Program-made: the position numbers and the translations under genes | Origin: Oligoflexia bacterium | GTDB taxonomy: Bacteria > Bdellovibrionota > UBA1018 | DNA length: 64,000 nt | Reading direction: 5' to 3' | NCBI GenBank assembly: GCA_903895855.1 | Contig: CAITVN010000080.1 | Location: 48,092 to 112,091, forward strand | Shown: positions 47,903-58,101 of the stretch, one piece after another | Layout of the letters: each line of letters opens with the position of its first letter | Position numbering within the stretch: the first letter of the stretch is position 1 | The notes under the pieces: model-generated | The model's database searches: none | What the model was told of the DNA's origin: nothing | The model's input: only the letters and a program-made list of their open reading frames with translations

Positions 47903-49039
47903 TTAGGCTGCGTTTTTATTTCTGCGTATGAGCTGGGTATACCAGTCAGGGGGGGTAAATTTATCCCGTGGAAACGGAAGCCGGTTGACCTCAATTTCTT
48001 CCATGAATGTTGGCAAATTACCAATCGGCACGATCTCGCCGACAATTTTTCCTTCAGGGGTTTTTCCGCGCTGAACGAAACGGTAGATATCTCGAATCGT
48101 ATACCTGCCTTGCTCATCGATCTCAGGAATGACTTCTGAAATATAAGTCACTTTTCTCGATCCGTCATCCATGCGCTTAATTTGAACCACTAAATGAATC
48201 GCTGCCGCAATTTGTCTTTTTACCGCAGCAATCGGCACCTGAGTATCGCCCATCATTGCCAAGGTTTCAAGGCGAACCAGCGCATCATACGGCGTATTGG
48301 CATGAGCCGTACCCATCGAACCACCATGACCCGTATTCATCGCAGTGATGAGATCAAGAGCCTCACCGCCTCTCACCTCACCGACCACAATGCGATCGGG
48401 TCTAAGCCTCAAAGCGGCCCGAATCAGATCTCGAATCTCAACTTTGCCTTTACCCGATTCGCCGCCTTGTTTTGTTTCAAAATACACCACGTGGTCAGTT
48501 TTGATTTTCAGTTCTGACGAATCTTCGATGATTAGCAATCTTTGGGTGCCCGGAATTCGCGAACCCAAAACGTTCAAAAATGTCGTTTTACCTGAGCCAG
48601 TACCACCAGAGATGATGGTATTCTTTGCCAGGTAAACGCAAACGTCTAAGAATCTGGCAGCATCTTTCGAAATACTGCCGCGGTTGATCAAATCTACAAA
48701 CGTGGGGCTACCTTTTGAAAATTTTCGAATCGATAGTGTCGTACCCTTTCGTGAACACGGTGGCAGCACCGCAGCCACCCGTGATCCATCAGGAAGTCTA
48801 GCATCGAGAATCGGATTTTCTTCATCTATGCGTTTTTGTACAAATTGAGCGATATTTCGAACCGCCGCCTGAAGTGCTTGTTCATCGCGAAATTTTGCGT
48901 TGACTTGTTCGAGTAATCCGCGCCTTTCAACAAAGATTTCGTTGGGGCCGTTCACAAGCACTTCAGACACCGAGTCATCATCAAGATACTCTTTAATCGG
49001 AAGTAAGAAGCCTGCAACGCTATCTTCAAATACACCCAC
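47903..49039 (-). CDS. cpaF: CpaF/TadA-type secretion ATPase (VirB11 superfamily)
   Basis: Walker A ISGGTGSGKTTFLNVL, Walker B LLIIEDSSEL, VGEVRGGEA and TGHGGSMGTAHANT His box. Confidence 0.8.
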   Translation of the reverse strand: MGVFEDSVAGFLLPIKEYLDDDSVSEVLVNGPNEIFVERRGLLEQVNAKFRDEQALQAAVRNIAQFVQKRIDEENPILDARLPDGSRVAAVLPPCSRKGTTLSIRKFSKGSPTFVDLINRGSISKDAARFLDVCVYLAKNTIISGGTGSGKTTFLNVLGSRIPGTQRLLIIEDSSELKIKTDHVVYFETKQGGESGKGKVEIRDLIRAALRLRPDRIVVGEVRGGEALDLITAMNTGHGGSMGTAHANTPYDALVRLETLAMMGDTQVPIAAVKRQIAAAIHLVVQIKRMDDGSRKVTYISEVIPEIDEQGRYTIRDIYRFVQRGKTPEGKIVGEIVPIGNLPTFMEEIEVNRLPFPRDKFTPPDWYTQLIRRNKNAA

Positions 49040-49041
49040 TT

Positions 49042-49878
49042 TTATTGCACTCCTGCTACCGCACGATCAGCGCTTGACTGAATTTTAGAATCTTCTTTCA
49101 CGACTAGCGACCCTTCCATTCCATTCACTGGACAATAGAATCGGTAAGTCCCGGCTACCGTTGGAGTGAACAGCACTTCTTCGACTTTGAATGAACTCAG
49201 TTGCTTGCGAACCTGAAAGCTATCAATCATCACGCAGAGCGTTTGCTTCGAGGTTCCAGTGGCGAATAACTTCACAGGAATGCCTTTGGTCACAAAAACT
49301 GTTTTTGGAAAATAGCCGAGATCACCGGCAATAATTGCAACTTCTTGCACTCCTCGGGCGCTGGCTTTTGATTCTCCCAATTTTTCTGTTTCGAATATTC
49401 CGGCTGTTCTTTGACTACCCGCCTGAGCTTTTTCGATAAAATCCGGTCCAGAAATCGCATTTTTTTCGGCGAGGTCTCCGCCATTTTCAATTGCTGAAAA
49501 CTGGCGATTGCCAACTCCAGCGGGCGAACGCCCTGTTGGCTTCTTACCTGCTAGATTCGTTTTATCCCACTCATCTGACTCTTCAGCTGCCTCAATCTTG
49601 AGCTTGCCACTGACCGCATCGGCCGGGGCATACCCAAATCGACTTTCGGGGAACGCTTCTTTGTCTCGTGAAATTTGTTTTGCCGTAGGTGGCGCGATGA
49701 ACTGGGTGCCTGCCCGGGCGACCTCACCAAACAAAATCAGTAAACTCAAGGTAACTAACGGTACAATCCACATGCCGTGATTCACACTCAACTGAGTGAG
49801 ATATTCACCCAAGCGTCTGATTTGACCTAGGTAACTGCCATTTTTTCTCGATGCCAAACACTGAGCAATCCTTTCCAT
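49042..49878 (-). CDS. hypothetical membrane-anchored protein upstream of cpaF, C-terminal cupredoxin-like beta domain
   Basis: TM MWIVPLVTLSLLILF; C-terminus GTYRFYCPVNGMEGSLVV resembles cupredoxin strand-loop but lacks His ligand. Confidence 0.35.
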   Translation of the reverse strand: MERIAQCLASRKNGSYLGQIRRLGEYLTQLSVNHGMWIVPLVTLSLLILFGEVARAGTQFIAPPTAKQISRDKEAFPESRFGYAPADAVSGKLKIEAAEESDEWDKTNLAGKKPTGRSPAGVGNRQFSAIENGGDLAEKNAISGPDFIEKAQAGSQRTAGIFETEKLGESKASARGVQEVAIIAGDLGYFPKTVFVTKGIPVKLFATGTSKQTLCVMIDSFQVRKQLSSFKVEEVLFTPTVAGTYRFYCPVNGMEGSLVVKEDSKIQSSADRAVAGVQ

Positions 49879-50352
49879 AGAGAGCTCTCCTTCATGCTAC
49901 CCATCGGAATCGAGCGAAATAACTTGAAAAAATAACCAGAACTCGCGCGGTTAATACTTGATTGTTTTTATCTAGTTATGAAGTTTTTCCCCGATTTCTC
50001 AGAGCCTTGATCAACTCATGGGCAGCGAGCAGTCACCCGAGCCCACCTCGCTCGTCGAAGGCCGCGTAATGACTAAGAAAATAACACTCAACACTAGTCA
50101 AGTATTACCCTAAAAAACAAAGTAGCTCTCAACCTGCTGAATTTAAATGTGAAAGTTCTAATATAGCAAGACCACCCCACCTGCGAGACCCCACTGACCC
50201 GCGAAGCCACTTTGACTATTTTAGCGACGATTTCACCACTTCACATCGAAAAAAGACGCACGGCATCAACCTTGCTCTAGTGTATCTGTGCCTGATGCAA
50301 CCCCCAAAAACATCACCACGAATCAAACGTCAGGCGAGAAAGAAGATTACCC

Positions 50353-50649
50353 ATGAGCAACGTCATTTCAATTAAACGAGCCAGAGAGATTAAAGAAACA
50401 AAGTCACAAGACCTCGACTACCAGGCAAAAATTTTATCAATGAGCAAAGTTGAATTATTAGAAGAGATGGTTCGTTTTCAAGAAGAGCGCACCGAAAAAG
50501 GCGCCCTCACCGTCGAGATGATGGTGCGTGGCCAGTACCTTTTCACCCAACTCGAGAAGAGTGCCGAGACCGCAGAACTCAAATCACTCACCAAAGCGTA
50601 TCGCCGGCACCTGAGTCATGAACTCAGAGCTCATGCACAGTGGAAGTGA
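50353..50649 (+). CDS. hypothetical small helical protein
   Basis: 98-aa ORF, no motif; codon usage consistent with neighbours. Confidence 0.3.
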   Translation: MSNVISIKRAREIKETKSQDLDYQAKILSMSKVELLEEMVRFQEERTEKGALTVEMMVRGQYLFTQLEKSAETAELKSLTKAYRRHLSHELRAHAQWK

Positions 50650-50679
50650 TCGTCACCTTGTGATAACTTCAGAAACACG

Positions 50680-51123
50680 ATGAATCACTCACCCCACAGT
50701 CTTTGGAAAAATACCCCGACCATTGCCGAACTCAATCAACTATCGAAAAACACGATTCACGAGTCTCTCGGAATTGAGTTCACTCAAATAGAAAATGATT
50801 TCATTGAAGCCCGCATGCCGGTTGACCGACGCACCCATCAACCGTTCGGACTGCTTCACGGCGGAGCTTCAGTGGTACTCGCCGAATCTCTCGGAAGCGT
50901 GGCTTCAACCCTAGTGACTTGGGGCGAGGGCAAGACTTGCGTCGGAGTCGAAGTCAACGCCAATCACTTAAAAAGCGTTAAAGCGGGCGCCGTACTCGGA
51001 CGAGTCAGCGCAATCAAAATCGGAAGAACTCTGCATGTCTGGGAAATTCGACTACACGACGAATCTTCTGGCGCACTCGTTTGCATCAGCCGGTTAACCG
51101 TTGCGGTTTCGGCCAGAAACTAA
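50680..51123 (+). CDS. PaaI/hotdog-fold acyl-CoA thioesterase
   Basis: GLLHGGASVVLAESLGS hotdog thioesterase signature; 147 aa. Confidence 0.7.
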   Translation: MNHSPHSLWKNTPTIAELNQLSKNTIHESLGIEFTQIENDFIEARMPVDRRTHQPFGLLHGGASVVLAESLGSVASTLVTWGEGKTCVGVEVNANHLKSVKAGAVLGRVSAIKIGRTLHVWEIRLHDESSGALVCISRLTVAVSARN

Positions 51124-51196
51124 CCCCCACCGAGAATTTTCAAGGGCTCTTCTTTTTGGTTTTTTGAAGACGTCCTCGCCTTTGGATCGACGTACG

Positions 51197-51324
51197 TTTT
51201 TTAAGAGTTGCGCGTAGGTGCTCATCTATTCTTGCTCCTCTTGCGAGGCACGATGCCGAGAGCAAGAAAACAGGATGTTTGTGGAGCAAGAACAGATGAG
51301 CACCTACGCGCAACTCTTAAAAAA
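51197..51324. repeat. perfect 31-bp-stem inverted repeat with structured 66-nt loop between convergent genes (possible bidirectional terminator or mobile/structured element)
   Basis: ttttttaagagttgcgcgtaggtgctcatct (51197-51227) vs agatgagcacctacgcgcaactcttaaaaaa (51294-51324); inner palindrome ttcttgctc/gagcaagaa and repeated gagcaagaa. Confidence 0.6.
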
Positions 51325-51402
51325 TACACAACACAGTGACTACGGCTGCGGAATGTCTTCTAAAAACCAAAAAGAAGAGCCCTTGAAAATTCTCGGTGAC
51401 GA

Positions 51403-52710
51403 TTAAGTTAACTGCTTTTCGAGTTTTAAAAATCGGCCTTTACGAAGCTTACCCTGTAAACCGATCACGCGATTAGCAGGGTTAAAGAGTCTTCGTGCCA
51501 AGTCTTGAATGTCTTCGCGGCTAACCGCACGAAATCTCGCTTTCCAATCAGCCAAATTCTTAGGCAACGGCAAATCAAACAACTCAATCTCGCCAAGCCG
51601 AATACCCCAAATTCCCGCTCTTTCAAAGAGCTGATCTGCTTCACGTGATAACCTCGCTTGCACTTTTTCAAACTCGGCTTCTGGTATCAATTCGCTTTGA
51701 AGTTTTTCAAACTCTTCTAGAATCAAGTCGATCACTTCACTTAGATTTCGATCACTCACCCGAAACGAAACTTCGAATAGCCCACAAATACTGAGCGTGT
51801 CGGTCGATGCGTTGATATCGTAGAGAAGCCCACGATTTTCACACAAACTACGCTGTAAACGCGACGACAACCCGTCGTCGAGTAGGCGTTCAAGAAAGAG
51901 CTGAGAAAAAAATTCAGGCTCACTTTCTGAAAACCCGCGAAAGCTTATTAGAGTCTCAATTTGTGAGCTCGACTCTTCAAGATAATAAAGCCGTGGCCCG
52001 ACAAACGTTCCATGCACAGGGTAACTACCCTCTAAACCAGAAAAATCACCCGTGGGAAACTTCGAGGCAAATGAGAGGTACTTTTCACCCCAGTAAAAAA
52101 AATCAGACTCATTCACCGCCCCTGCACACACGACGATCATTTGAGAGGGGGCATAGAAATGATTGAAAAAATGCCGAACATCTTCGGAAGTCAAGGCCCC
52201 TACCGAAGGTTTTCGCCCTAAAATCGGCTTCGCCACTGGCTCAGAGCCGTAAATCATCGAGCGACTGACATTTTCTAAGAGGTTTTCACTTCCTTGTTCG
52301 TCGAGCTCTTCTTGAATCTCTTCAAACACAATTCCTTTTTCAGTTTCGATTTCTTTCAAAAGTGGACCTGAAAACAAGAGCCCTAGCGCTCGAATAGCTG
52401 CCTCGAGGTTTTCACGTGGCACTTCAATTGAATAATTACTGTACTCTCTAGTCGTCGCACCTTGAAGGCCATCGCCCAGAGTTTCGAAATGTGCGTTGAG
52501 CTCAGTGCTAGAGGGATACTCGGCACACCCCCGAAATAACAAATGCTCAACGAAGTGACCAATACCCGAAAATTTTGAATTTTCAAATCGTGGCCCGGAC
52601 TTCACAAACACTTGCAGCACTGCAAACTTGCTGATCGTATCATTAATGTACGGAGCACAGATCAACCTTAGGCCATTGCCTAAAGTACGGGTATCAATTT
52701 GACTCAACAT
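51403..52710 (-). CDS. M16-family zinc peptidase (pitrilysin-like)
   Basis: inverted zinc motif HFVEHLLF (HxxEH); 435 aa. Confidence 0.7.
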   Translation of the reverse strand: MLSQIDTRTLGNGLRLICAPYINDTISKFAVLQVFVKSGPRFENSKFSGIGHFVEHLLFRGCAEYPSSTELNAHFETLGDGLQGATTREYSNYSIEVPRENLEAAIRALGLLFSGPLLKEIETEKGIVFEEIQEELDEQGSENLLENVSRSMIYGSEPVAKPILGRKPSVGALTSEDVRHFFNHFYAPSQMIVVCAGAVNESDFFYWGEKYLSFASKFPTGDFSGLEGSYPVHGTFVGPRLYYLEESSSQIETLISFRGFSESEPEFFSQLFLERLLDDGLSSRLQRSLCENRGLLYDINASTDTLSICGLFEVSFRVSDRNLSEVIDLILEEFEKLQSELIPEAEFEKVQARLSREADQLFERAGIWGIRLGEIELFDLPLPKNLADWKARFRAVSREDIQDLARRLFNPANRVIGLQGKLRKGRFLKLEKQLT

Positions 52711-52716
52711 ATTTCA

Positions 52717-54036
52717 CTACAACAAATTGCTCGCGAGTTCAGAAAGTTTCGAACGTTCACCCTTAGATAGCGTGATGTGTGCTGAAATCGACTCATCTTT
52801 AAATCGATCAACCAAGTAAACAAGACCGTTATTTGCCGAATCGACATACGGATTATCAATCTGAAAACTATCGCCGGTTAAAACAATCTTTGTATCATCA
52901 CCCGCACGAGTAACAATGGTCTTGATTTCATGAGGAGTCAAATTCTGCGACTCGTCGACAATCAAGTACTGCGCCGGAATTGAACGCCCACGAATATAAG
53001 TGAGCGGCTCAATTTGCAGCAACCCCTGATTCATCAGCTCTTGACAACCCTTACCTGCCCCGCGCCGGCCCTTTGAACCCGTTGATCCAAATAAGAAGTC
53101 AATATTATCGTAAATAGGCTGCATCCAAGGATTTAACTTGTCTTCAATGCTTCCTGGCAAGAACCCAATGTCTTTACCGAGTGGAAACACAGGACGCGAC
53201 ACGAGTAACCGGTGATAAATACCTTCGTCGACTGTTTTAACTAAGCCAGCAGCAATGGCGAGCAACGTTTTGCCGGTTCCGGCTTTACCCACTAAGCTCA
53301 CGAGCTTGATCTCGTCATTCAATAAAGCATCGATTGCAAACGCCTGTTCGGCATTTTTTGGAAAAATTCCCCATAACCCCTCAGCCGGCTTAAACAACGG
53401 CACCAAGCAATCTAACTCTCGAGAATAGCGACCCATCGCCGTGTGGTTTGGATTCGCCGAATCTTTTATAATCACATATTGATTGGGTTTTAGATTCTGA
53501 TCTTTAACGACCAATTTTTTTTGCGAATAGAACTCATCTACTAAGTGCGAATCGACCGAAATCATCGTTGTTCCTGAGTACAACTGATCGGGTTCGACAT
53601 TCGACGGTTCGTAGTCTTGAGCCAAAATTCCGAGGGCGTCAGCTTTAATTCTTAAATTGGTGTCTTTGGTTACCAAAACCACTGGCCGTTTGGGTTGTTC
53701 TTTTTTCAACCCCATCGCCATCGCTAAAATTCGATTATCGGCTTTGTCCATCTGAAGTTCAAAGGGCAAAGGCCCCATGTCGCCCAGTTCAACCGTAAGT
53801 AGGCCGCCACTTGGCAATCGAACGCCTTTGGCGAGCTCTCCGCCGCCCTTTCTCATGTCATCGATCAGACGCGAAAATTGGCGCGCGTGGCGACCATTCT
53901 CGCCCATATCACGTTTGAATCGATCAATTTCTTCGATAACTACAATCGGAATAATCAGGTCATTATTTCCAAACTTGTTAATCGCATTGGGATCAAAGAG
54001 AATCACGTTGGTATCGAGTATGAATGCTTGGCGCAC
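52717..54036 (-). CDS. PhoH2-type protein (N-terminal PIN domain + PhoH-like ATPase)
   Basis: PIN start FILDTNVILFD; Walker A LVGKAGTGKTLLA; GTG start. Confidence 0.8.
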   Translation of the reverse strand: MRQAFILDTNVILFDPNAINKFGNNDLIIPIVVIEEIDRFKRDMGENGRHARQFSRLIDDMRKGGGELAKGVRLPSGGLLTVELGDMGPLPFELQMDKADNRILAMAMGLKKEQPKRPVVLVTKDTNLRIKADALGILAQDYEPSNVEPDQLYSGTTMISVDSHLVDEFYSQKKLVVKDQNLKPNQYVIIKDSANPNHTAMGRYSRELDCLVPLFKPAEGLWGIFPKNAEQAFAIDALLNDEIKLVSLVGKAGTGKTLLAIAAGLVKTVDEGIYHRLLVSRPVFPLGKDIGFLPGSIEDKLNPWMQPIYDNIDFLFGSTGSKGRRGAGKGCQELMNQGLLQIEPLTYIRGRSIPAQYLIVDESQNLTPHEIKTIVTRAGDDTKIVLTGDSFQIDNPYVDSANNGLVYLVDRFKDESISAHITLSKGERSKLSELASNLL

Positions 54037-54075
54037 GGTTAAGTCCCCCTTATTTAGCCACTCTAGATGAAACTC

Positions 54076-55188
54076 TTAGAGTTGGAAAGTCATTTGAAGG
54101 ACCCATCGTCTTTCGATGTTCTGCCGCACAAATGTGCCAAGTTCTTCGGCATAGCTGTAAGCCATGATGTTCATCACCCAAACATCAATGCCGATGCCGT
54201 AGCTGAAATAGATCTGATTGACTCCGCCATACAGAGAAAGGATTGGCCACTTCATTTGAAGGCCAAAGTGATTCTTTTTGCGCCAATCACTGACTGCGCC
54301 GACGTTTCGATAGTCGTAGGCAAAAATATATTCAGCAAGCCTTGGCTTCCATTTATAAGCTAGACCAAAACTTAGATTAGACCTCATCGCATCAGCCTGC
54401 GGCGATGCAAAGGTAGTGTCGCCAATATTGGTCATTGCAATGCCTGTTAAAATCGAAGTGACCGAGTCGAGCTTTTTTTCATACTGAAGCCCAGTATCAA
54501 CCCCAATACCCAATCCGAAATTACCGGCCATCGCCTGAAGGCGGGTAACATTGATATTGAATAAATCGATCAAAGGTAGATTCTTAAACCCACCTCGGCG
54601 AAACATGACTTTCACAGAAGCCCCCGCACGAAGATCGCTTCGCCCGTGCCGACCACGCATCAAAGAGACACCGGTACCTACTTGAACCCCTTGAGTTGTC
54701 TGGTAACCTAGTTCTAACTTCGGATAGACCTTGTCTTTCATTCTCAAAGCGATTTGAGCGTCGACCAACAACCCTACCGCTAATCCAGGCATCGCCCATG
54801 CAGTAACAATCTGTTCTTGAGTGGCAATGTTTTTTCCCATCAGCTTGCCGACGCCAGATATTCCGAGGCTCGCATAGGTCGAAACGTTTTGGCGAATATC
54901 AAAGAGAATATCGTCAGACAATGACGTGTCTGACTGAGCAAACTTGAATATCGCACTTTCGGTGGTCGCCAACCCAGCTGGATTGAGAAACAAAGAGTCA
55001 GTCCCCTCGACAAAAGCCGTGCTTGTGCCACCCATTCCCATCGAACGCGATGATCGAAAGTATTCAGGCAGTTCAGTCGCCCACAAAAAAGGCGATACAC
55101 CGCAAAACACTATCGCAATGAATGCGCAATCAAGAAGACTGCGCTTCTCACTGACTAATTTGCGATGCTTGAAAAAAACTCGCTTCAT
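54076..55188 (-). CDS. hypothetical outer-membrane beta-barrel-like protein
   Basis: N-terminal hydrophobic segment, Gly/aromatic-rich alternating strands, C-terminal LQMTFQL. Confidence 0.35.
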   Translation of the reverse strand: MKRVFFKHRKLVSEKRSLLDCAFIAIVFCGVSPFLWATELPEYFRSSRSMGMGGTSTAFVEGTDSLFLNPAGLATTESAIFKFAQSDTSLSDDILFDIRQNVSTYASLGISGVGKLMGKNIATQEQIVTAWAMPGLAVGLLVDAQIALRMKDKVYPKLELGYQTTQGVQVGTGVSLMRGRHGRSDLRAGASVKVMFRRGGFKNLPLIDLFNINVTRLQAMAGNFGLGIGVDTGLQYEKKLDSVTSILTGIAMTNIGDTTFASPQADAMRSNLSFGLAYKWKPRLAEYIFAYDYRNVGAVSDWRKKNHFGLQMKWPILSLYGGVNQIYFSYGIGIDVWVMNIMAYSYAEELGTFVRQNIERRWVLQMTFQL

Positions 55189-55190
55189 TC

Positions 55191-56255
55191 TTAATTAGCC
55201 CACCCTAATGGACTCAGACTAATAAAACTCGCAATGCCAGCAGCAGCGCAACGAGCTTTATCGTCTTGATCAGAAATCAAATCTTTTGTCGCACAAGTTT
55301 TTCGATTTCGAAGGGCCGGCAAGCACGGCTGTTTTGCGCTATTGGCACACACTCCGGCTGCGAAGGTACAGTTTGCTCCCGTCGGAAAAAGCCCCTGACA
55401 ACCAGCATCACACGCTTGATCAATCACACTTCCAAAGGCTGAAGCAATAGTTGCCATGGTAGTTTTGGCACTACTCGTGAGATTGTCTGCCACATCATTC
55501 ATCGAATCAAGCATGGTCACAATTGAGCCAGCGTAACCACAGGCCGCTTCGTCAACATACTCTTCTAGTGTCCAGCCAAGCGCATTACCCGTCGTTTGCC
55601 CTAGTATCTGTCCTCTTGCGAAAGTTGTCGGATCTGGCGCCCCATAGCGAGCCTGAGTATTTCCGATAATCGACATCGCAACGAAAATATGAAAAAGATT
55701 AGAATTCACTAGGCGATCAGACACCATAATGCTGCCCGGATTATCAGACTCAGGAAAGGTAATGTTTAAAGGTGAAATACTGACCCCTGGATTAATGATC
55801 GATAGTAACGAGTCGCTTGAATTCCACCCCGAGATCATTCGTGATTCGTGTTTTGAATTGCGCTGCTCATCAGTGTAGGCAACTGCATCGGTATCAGCAA
55901 CAAAGAACAACTCGGTCAAAGTTTTCCATAATCCAGGGCCCGCTAACCCACTTGAGTTTTCAATTATCTGATTGAGCAAAGTCAATAAATCAGTCACGCC
56001 CGCCGAACACGCATGAGAAGCGGCCCTCGCTTCTCGCACATTATTGTCAGTGTATTTTGAGTTATACAGCCCTTCAACAGTCGATACCGCATCATAACAA
56101 TCGGCGCTGGTCAAAAGCAGGTGCACCCGATCGAGAATAGCGGCTTTACCCTCAATTGTCGTAATGTCGTATGCTGGTGCGCCACACCCGGAGTTAAAAA
56201 ATAAAACCCCAAAAACAGCGGCACCTGCAAAAAATCTACTAAGAATTTTCGACAC
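55191..56255 (-). CDS. hypothetical Cys-rich lipoprotein
   Basis: signal + lipobox NSGC; about 10 Cys in last 80 aa; 3-nt gap to downstream gene. Confidence 0.4.
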   Translation of the reverse strand: MSKILSRFFAGAAVFGVLFFNSGCGAPAYDITTIEGKAAILDRVHLLLTSADCYDAVSTVEGLYNSKYTDNNVREARAASHACSAGVTDLLTLLNQIIENSSGLAGPGLWKTLTELFFVADTDAVAYTDEQRNSKHESRMISGWNSSDSLLSIINPGVSISPLNITFPESDNPGSIMVSDRLVNSNLFHIFVAMSIIGNTQARYGAPDPTTFARGQILGQTTGNALGWTLEEYVDEAACGYAGSIVTMLDSMNDVADNLTSSAKTTMATIASAFGSVIDQACDAGCQGLFPTGANCTFAAGVCANSAKQPCLPALRNRKTCATKDLISDQDDKARCAAAGIASFISLSPLGWAN

Positions 56256-56305
56256 TCACTCTCCCTTCCATGGGTAAAGTTACGAAGTTAAGACAGAGCT
56301 AAAGT

Positions 56306-57532
56306 CTAACGGTTCACAAACTCAACCAAGCGATCCATACCTTTTTTTAGAGACACTTCATCAGTCGCAAAACTGAGACGAATCGAGCGGTCATGTCCAA
56401 AGGGCGACCCTGGCACTACGGCTACTTTCGCCTCGACCAAGATTCTCTCAGCAAACGCCATGATGTCTTCTTGTGGTCTCATGCACTGATCGACTTCCAT
56501 AAACAAATAGAAAGCTCCTTCACACCGATACACCCTTAGTTTGCCTGCTTTTTTCAAAGATTCAAAGGCCAGATCTCGCCTACGTCTAAAAGTTGACACT
56601 TCATTCGAAAACTCTGACTCGGGTAACTGCAAACCCTTCACCGCAGCCCACTGCGCTGGAGCACAAATCCCTGAGGTGCTTTGCCCTTGCAGGGTAATGA
56701 GCGCTTGGGTAATCGGCGCAACAGCAACACTCCACCCCACTCGCCAACCCGTCATTGCGGCGCTTTTCGACAATCCGTTGACGGTAACGGTTTGAGTAAA
56801 CAGTTTCGGATTAGCCTCAAGAAACGAACAAAACTTCTGATCAGTGAACAAAATGCGATCGTAGATCTCGTCACTGAGCACGTAGAGCGGATCAATCGGC
56901 TGATTTCGGCCCTTTGATTCGATCACCTGCCCCAAGACCTCAAACTCGCCTTGCGAATACACAGCTCCGGTCGGGTTTGACGGTGAATTGAGAATGAGCA
57001 GCTTTGCGCGAGGAAACAGATCAAGGGCGGCACTAAAAGTCTTCTTGGTTAATTTGAACGAATCGTCAAACGTCGTTTCAATTAGGCGTGGAACTCCGCC
57101 GGCTAGCTTTACCATCTCGGGGTAACTCAGCCAGTAAGGAGTCGGAATCAACACTTCGTCACCAGGATTGATCAAAGCCAAAATGGTATTAAAAATGGCT
57201 TGTTTTCCGCCATTTGAAACTACCACTTCAGACGCCGCCCACGTTTTTCCGTGCCGGCCTAAATTTTCTTGCTGGCGATTTGTCTTTTGCACAATCGCTT
57301 CTCGAAGTTCAGGAATTCCAGCAACGGGAGTGTACTTGCTCTTATTGGCGTTGATGGCCTCAACCATCGCTTCTTTGATCTTAGGGTTTACCGCAAAATC
57401 GGGCTCGCCCGCTGTCAGGTTAACCACATCCTCGCCTTTTGCTTTCATTTCTTGAACTCTGGCATTGAGTTTTAAGGTGGCACTTTCTGAAACACCGTCC
57501 AACCGTTCGGCCAGTTTGAATTGTTGATTCAT
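56306..57532 (-). CDS. class I/II pyridoxal-phosphate aminotransferase (aspartate aminotransferase-like)
   Basis: PLP-Lys block VNGLSKSAAMTGWRVGW; NPSNPTG motif; 408 aa. Confidence 0.8.
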   Translation of the reverse strand: MNQQFKLAERLDGVSESATLKLNARVQEMKAKGEDVVNLTAGEPDFAVNPKIKEAMVEAINANKSKYTPVAGIPELREAIVQKTNRQQENLGRHGKTWAASEVVVSNGGKQAIFNTILALINPGDEVLIPTPYWLSYPEMVKLAGGVPRLIETTFDDSFKLTKKTFSAALDLFPRAKLLILNSPSNPTGAVYSQGEFEVLGQVIESKGRNQPIDPLYVLSDEIYDRILFTDQKFCSFLEANPKLFTQTVTVNGLSKSAAMTGWRVGWSVAVAPITQALITLQGQSTSGICAPAQWAAVKGLQLPESEFSNEVSTFRRRRDLAFESLKKAGKLRVYRCEGAFYLFMEVDQCMRPQEDIMAFAERILVEAKVAVVPGSPFGHDRSIRLSFATDEVSLKKGMDRLVEFVNR

Positions 57533-57558
57533 AAACTAGACTCCTTTAATTTTTGAAT

Positions 57559-58101
57559 TTATTTTTTTTGAGATTTTTTCGGTTGCTTGGTTTTTAACCA
57601 TTCTAGAACTTTGGCCGGCACATAAGACTTGATATCGCCCCCATAATGAAACAATTCTTTTACCATCGACGAAGAAATAAAATACAAATTCTGCCCGGTC
57701 ATCATAAAAACAGTTTCAACTTCTGGCCTGATTTGCTTGTTCATACTGGCCATCATGAATTCATACTCAAAATCACTGGCGGCTCTCAACCCTCTCACCA
57801 CTGCATTGATTTGTTTTTCGTGACAGTAATCCATGATGAGCCCCGGCCAAAGATCGACCTTAACTTGCTTTCTCTCACTCACCACTTCGCGAATGAGCTC
57901 AATTCTTTCTTCGGGGGTAAATAACGGATTTTTATGCCCAGAGCCTGCAACCACCACAATGACTTCAGAAAAGAGTGAGCACGCACGATCAAGGATGTCG
58001 AGATGCCCATTGGTGATCGGATCAAACGAACCCGGATAGATCGCCCTTAGGCCGTTTTTGTTCGTAGCCGTAGTCGTAGCCAAAGTCATACCCAAAGTCA
58101 T
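57559..58101 (-). CDS. coaD: phosphopantetheine adenylyltransferase
   Basis: AIYPGSFDPITNGHLDIL nucleotidyltransferase motif; start may be a few codons downstream. Confidence 0.85.
   Translation of the reverse strand: MTLGMTLATTTATNKNGLRAIYPGSFDPITNGHLDILDRACSLFSEVIVVVAGSGHKNPLFTPEERIELIREVVSERKQVKVDLWPGLIMDYCHEKQINAVVRGLRAASDFEYEFMMASMNKQIRPEVETVFMMTGQNLYFISSSMVKELFHYGGDIKSYVPAKVLEWLKTKQPKKSQKK

Noticed and set aside
51218-51406. 62-aa ORF spanning the long inverted repeat
   Set aside because: Covers the loop and right arm of the hairpin structure; no RBS; more likely non-coding.
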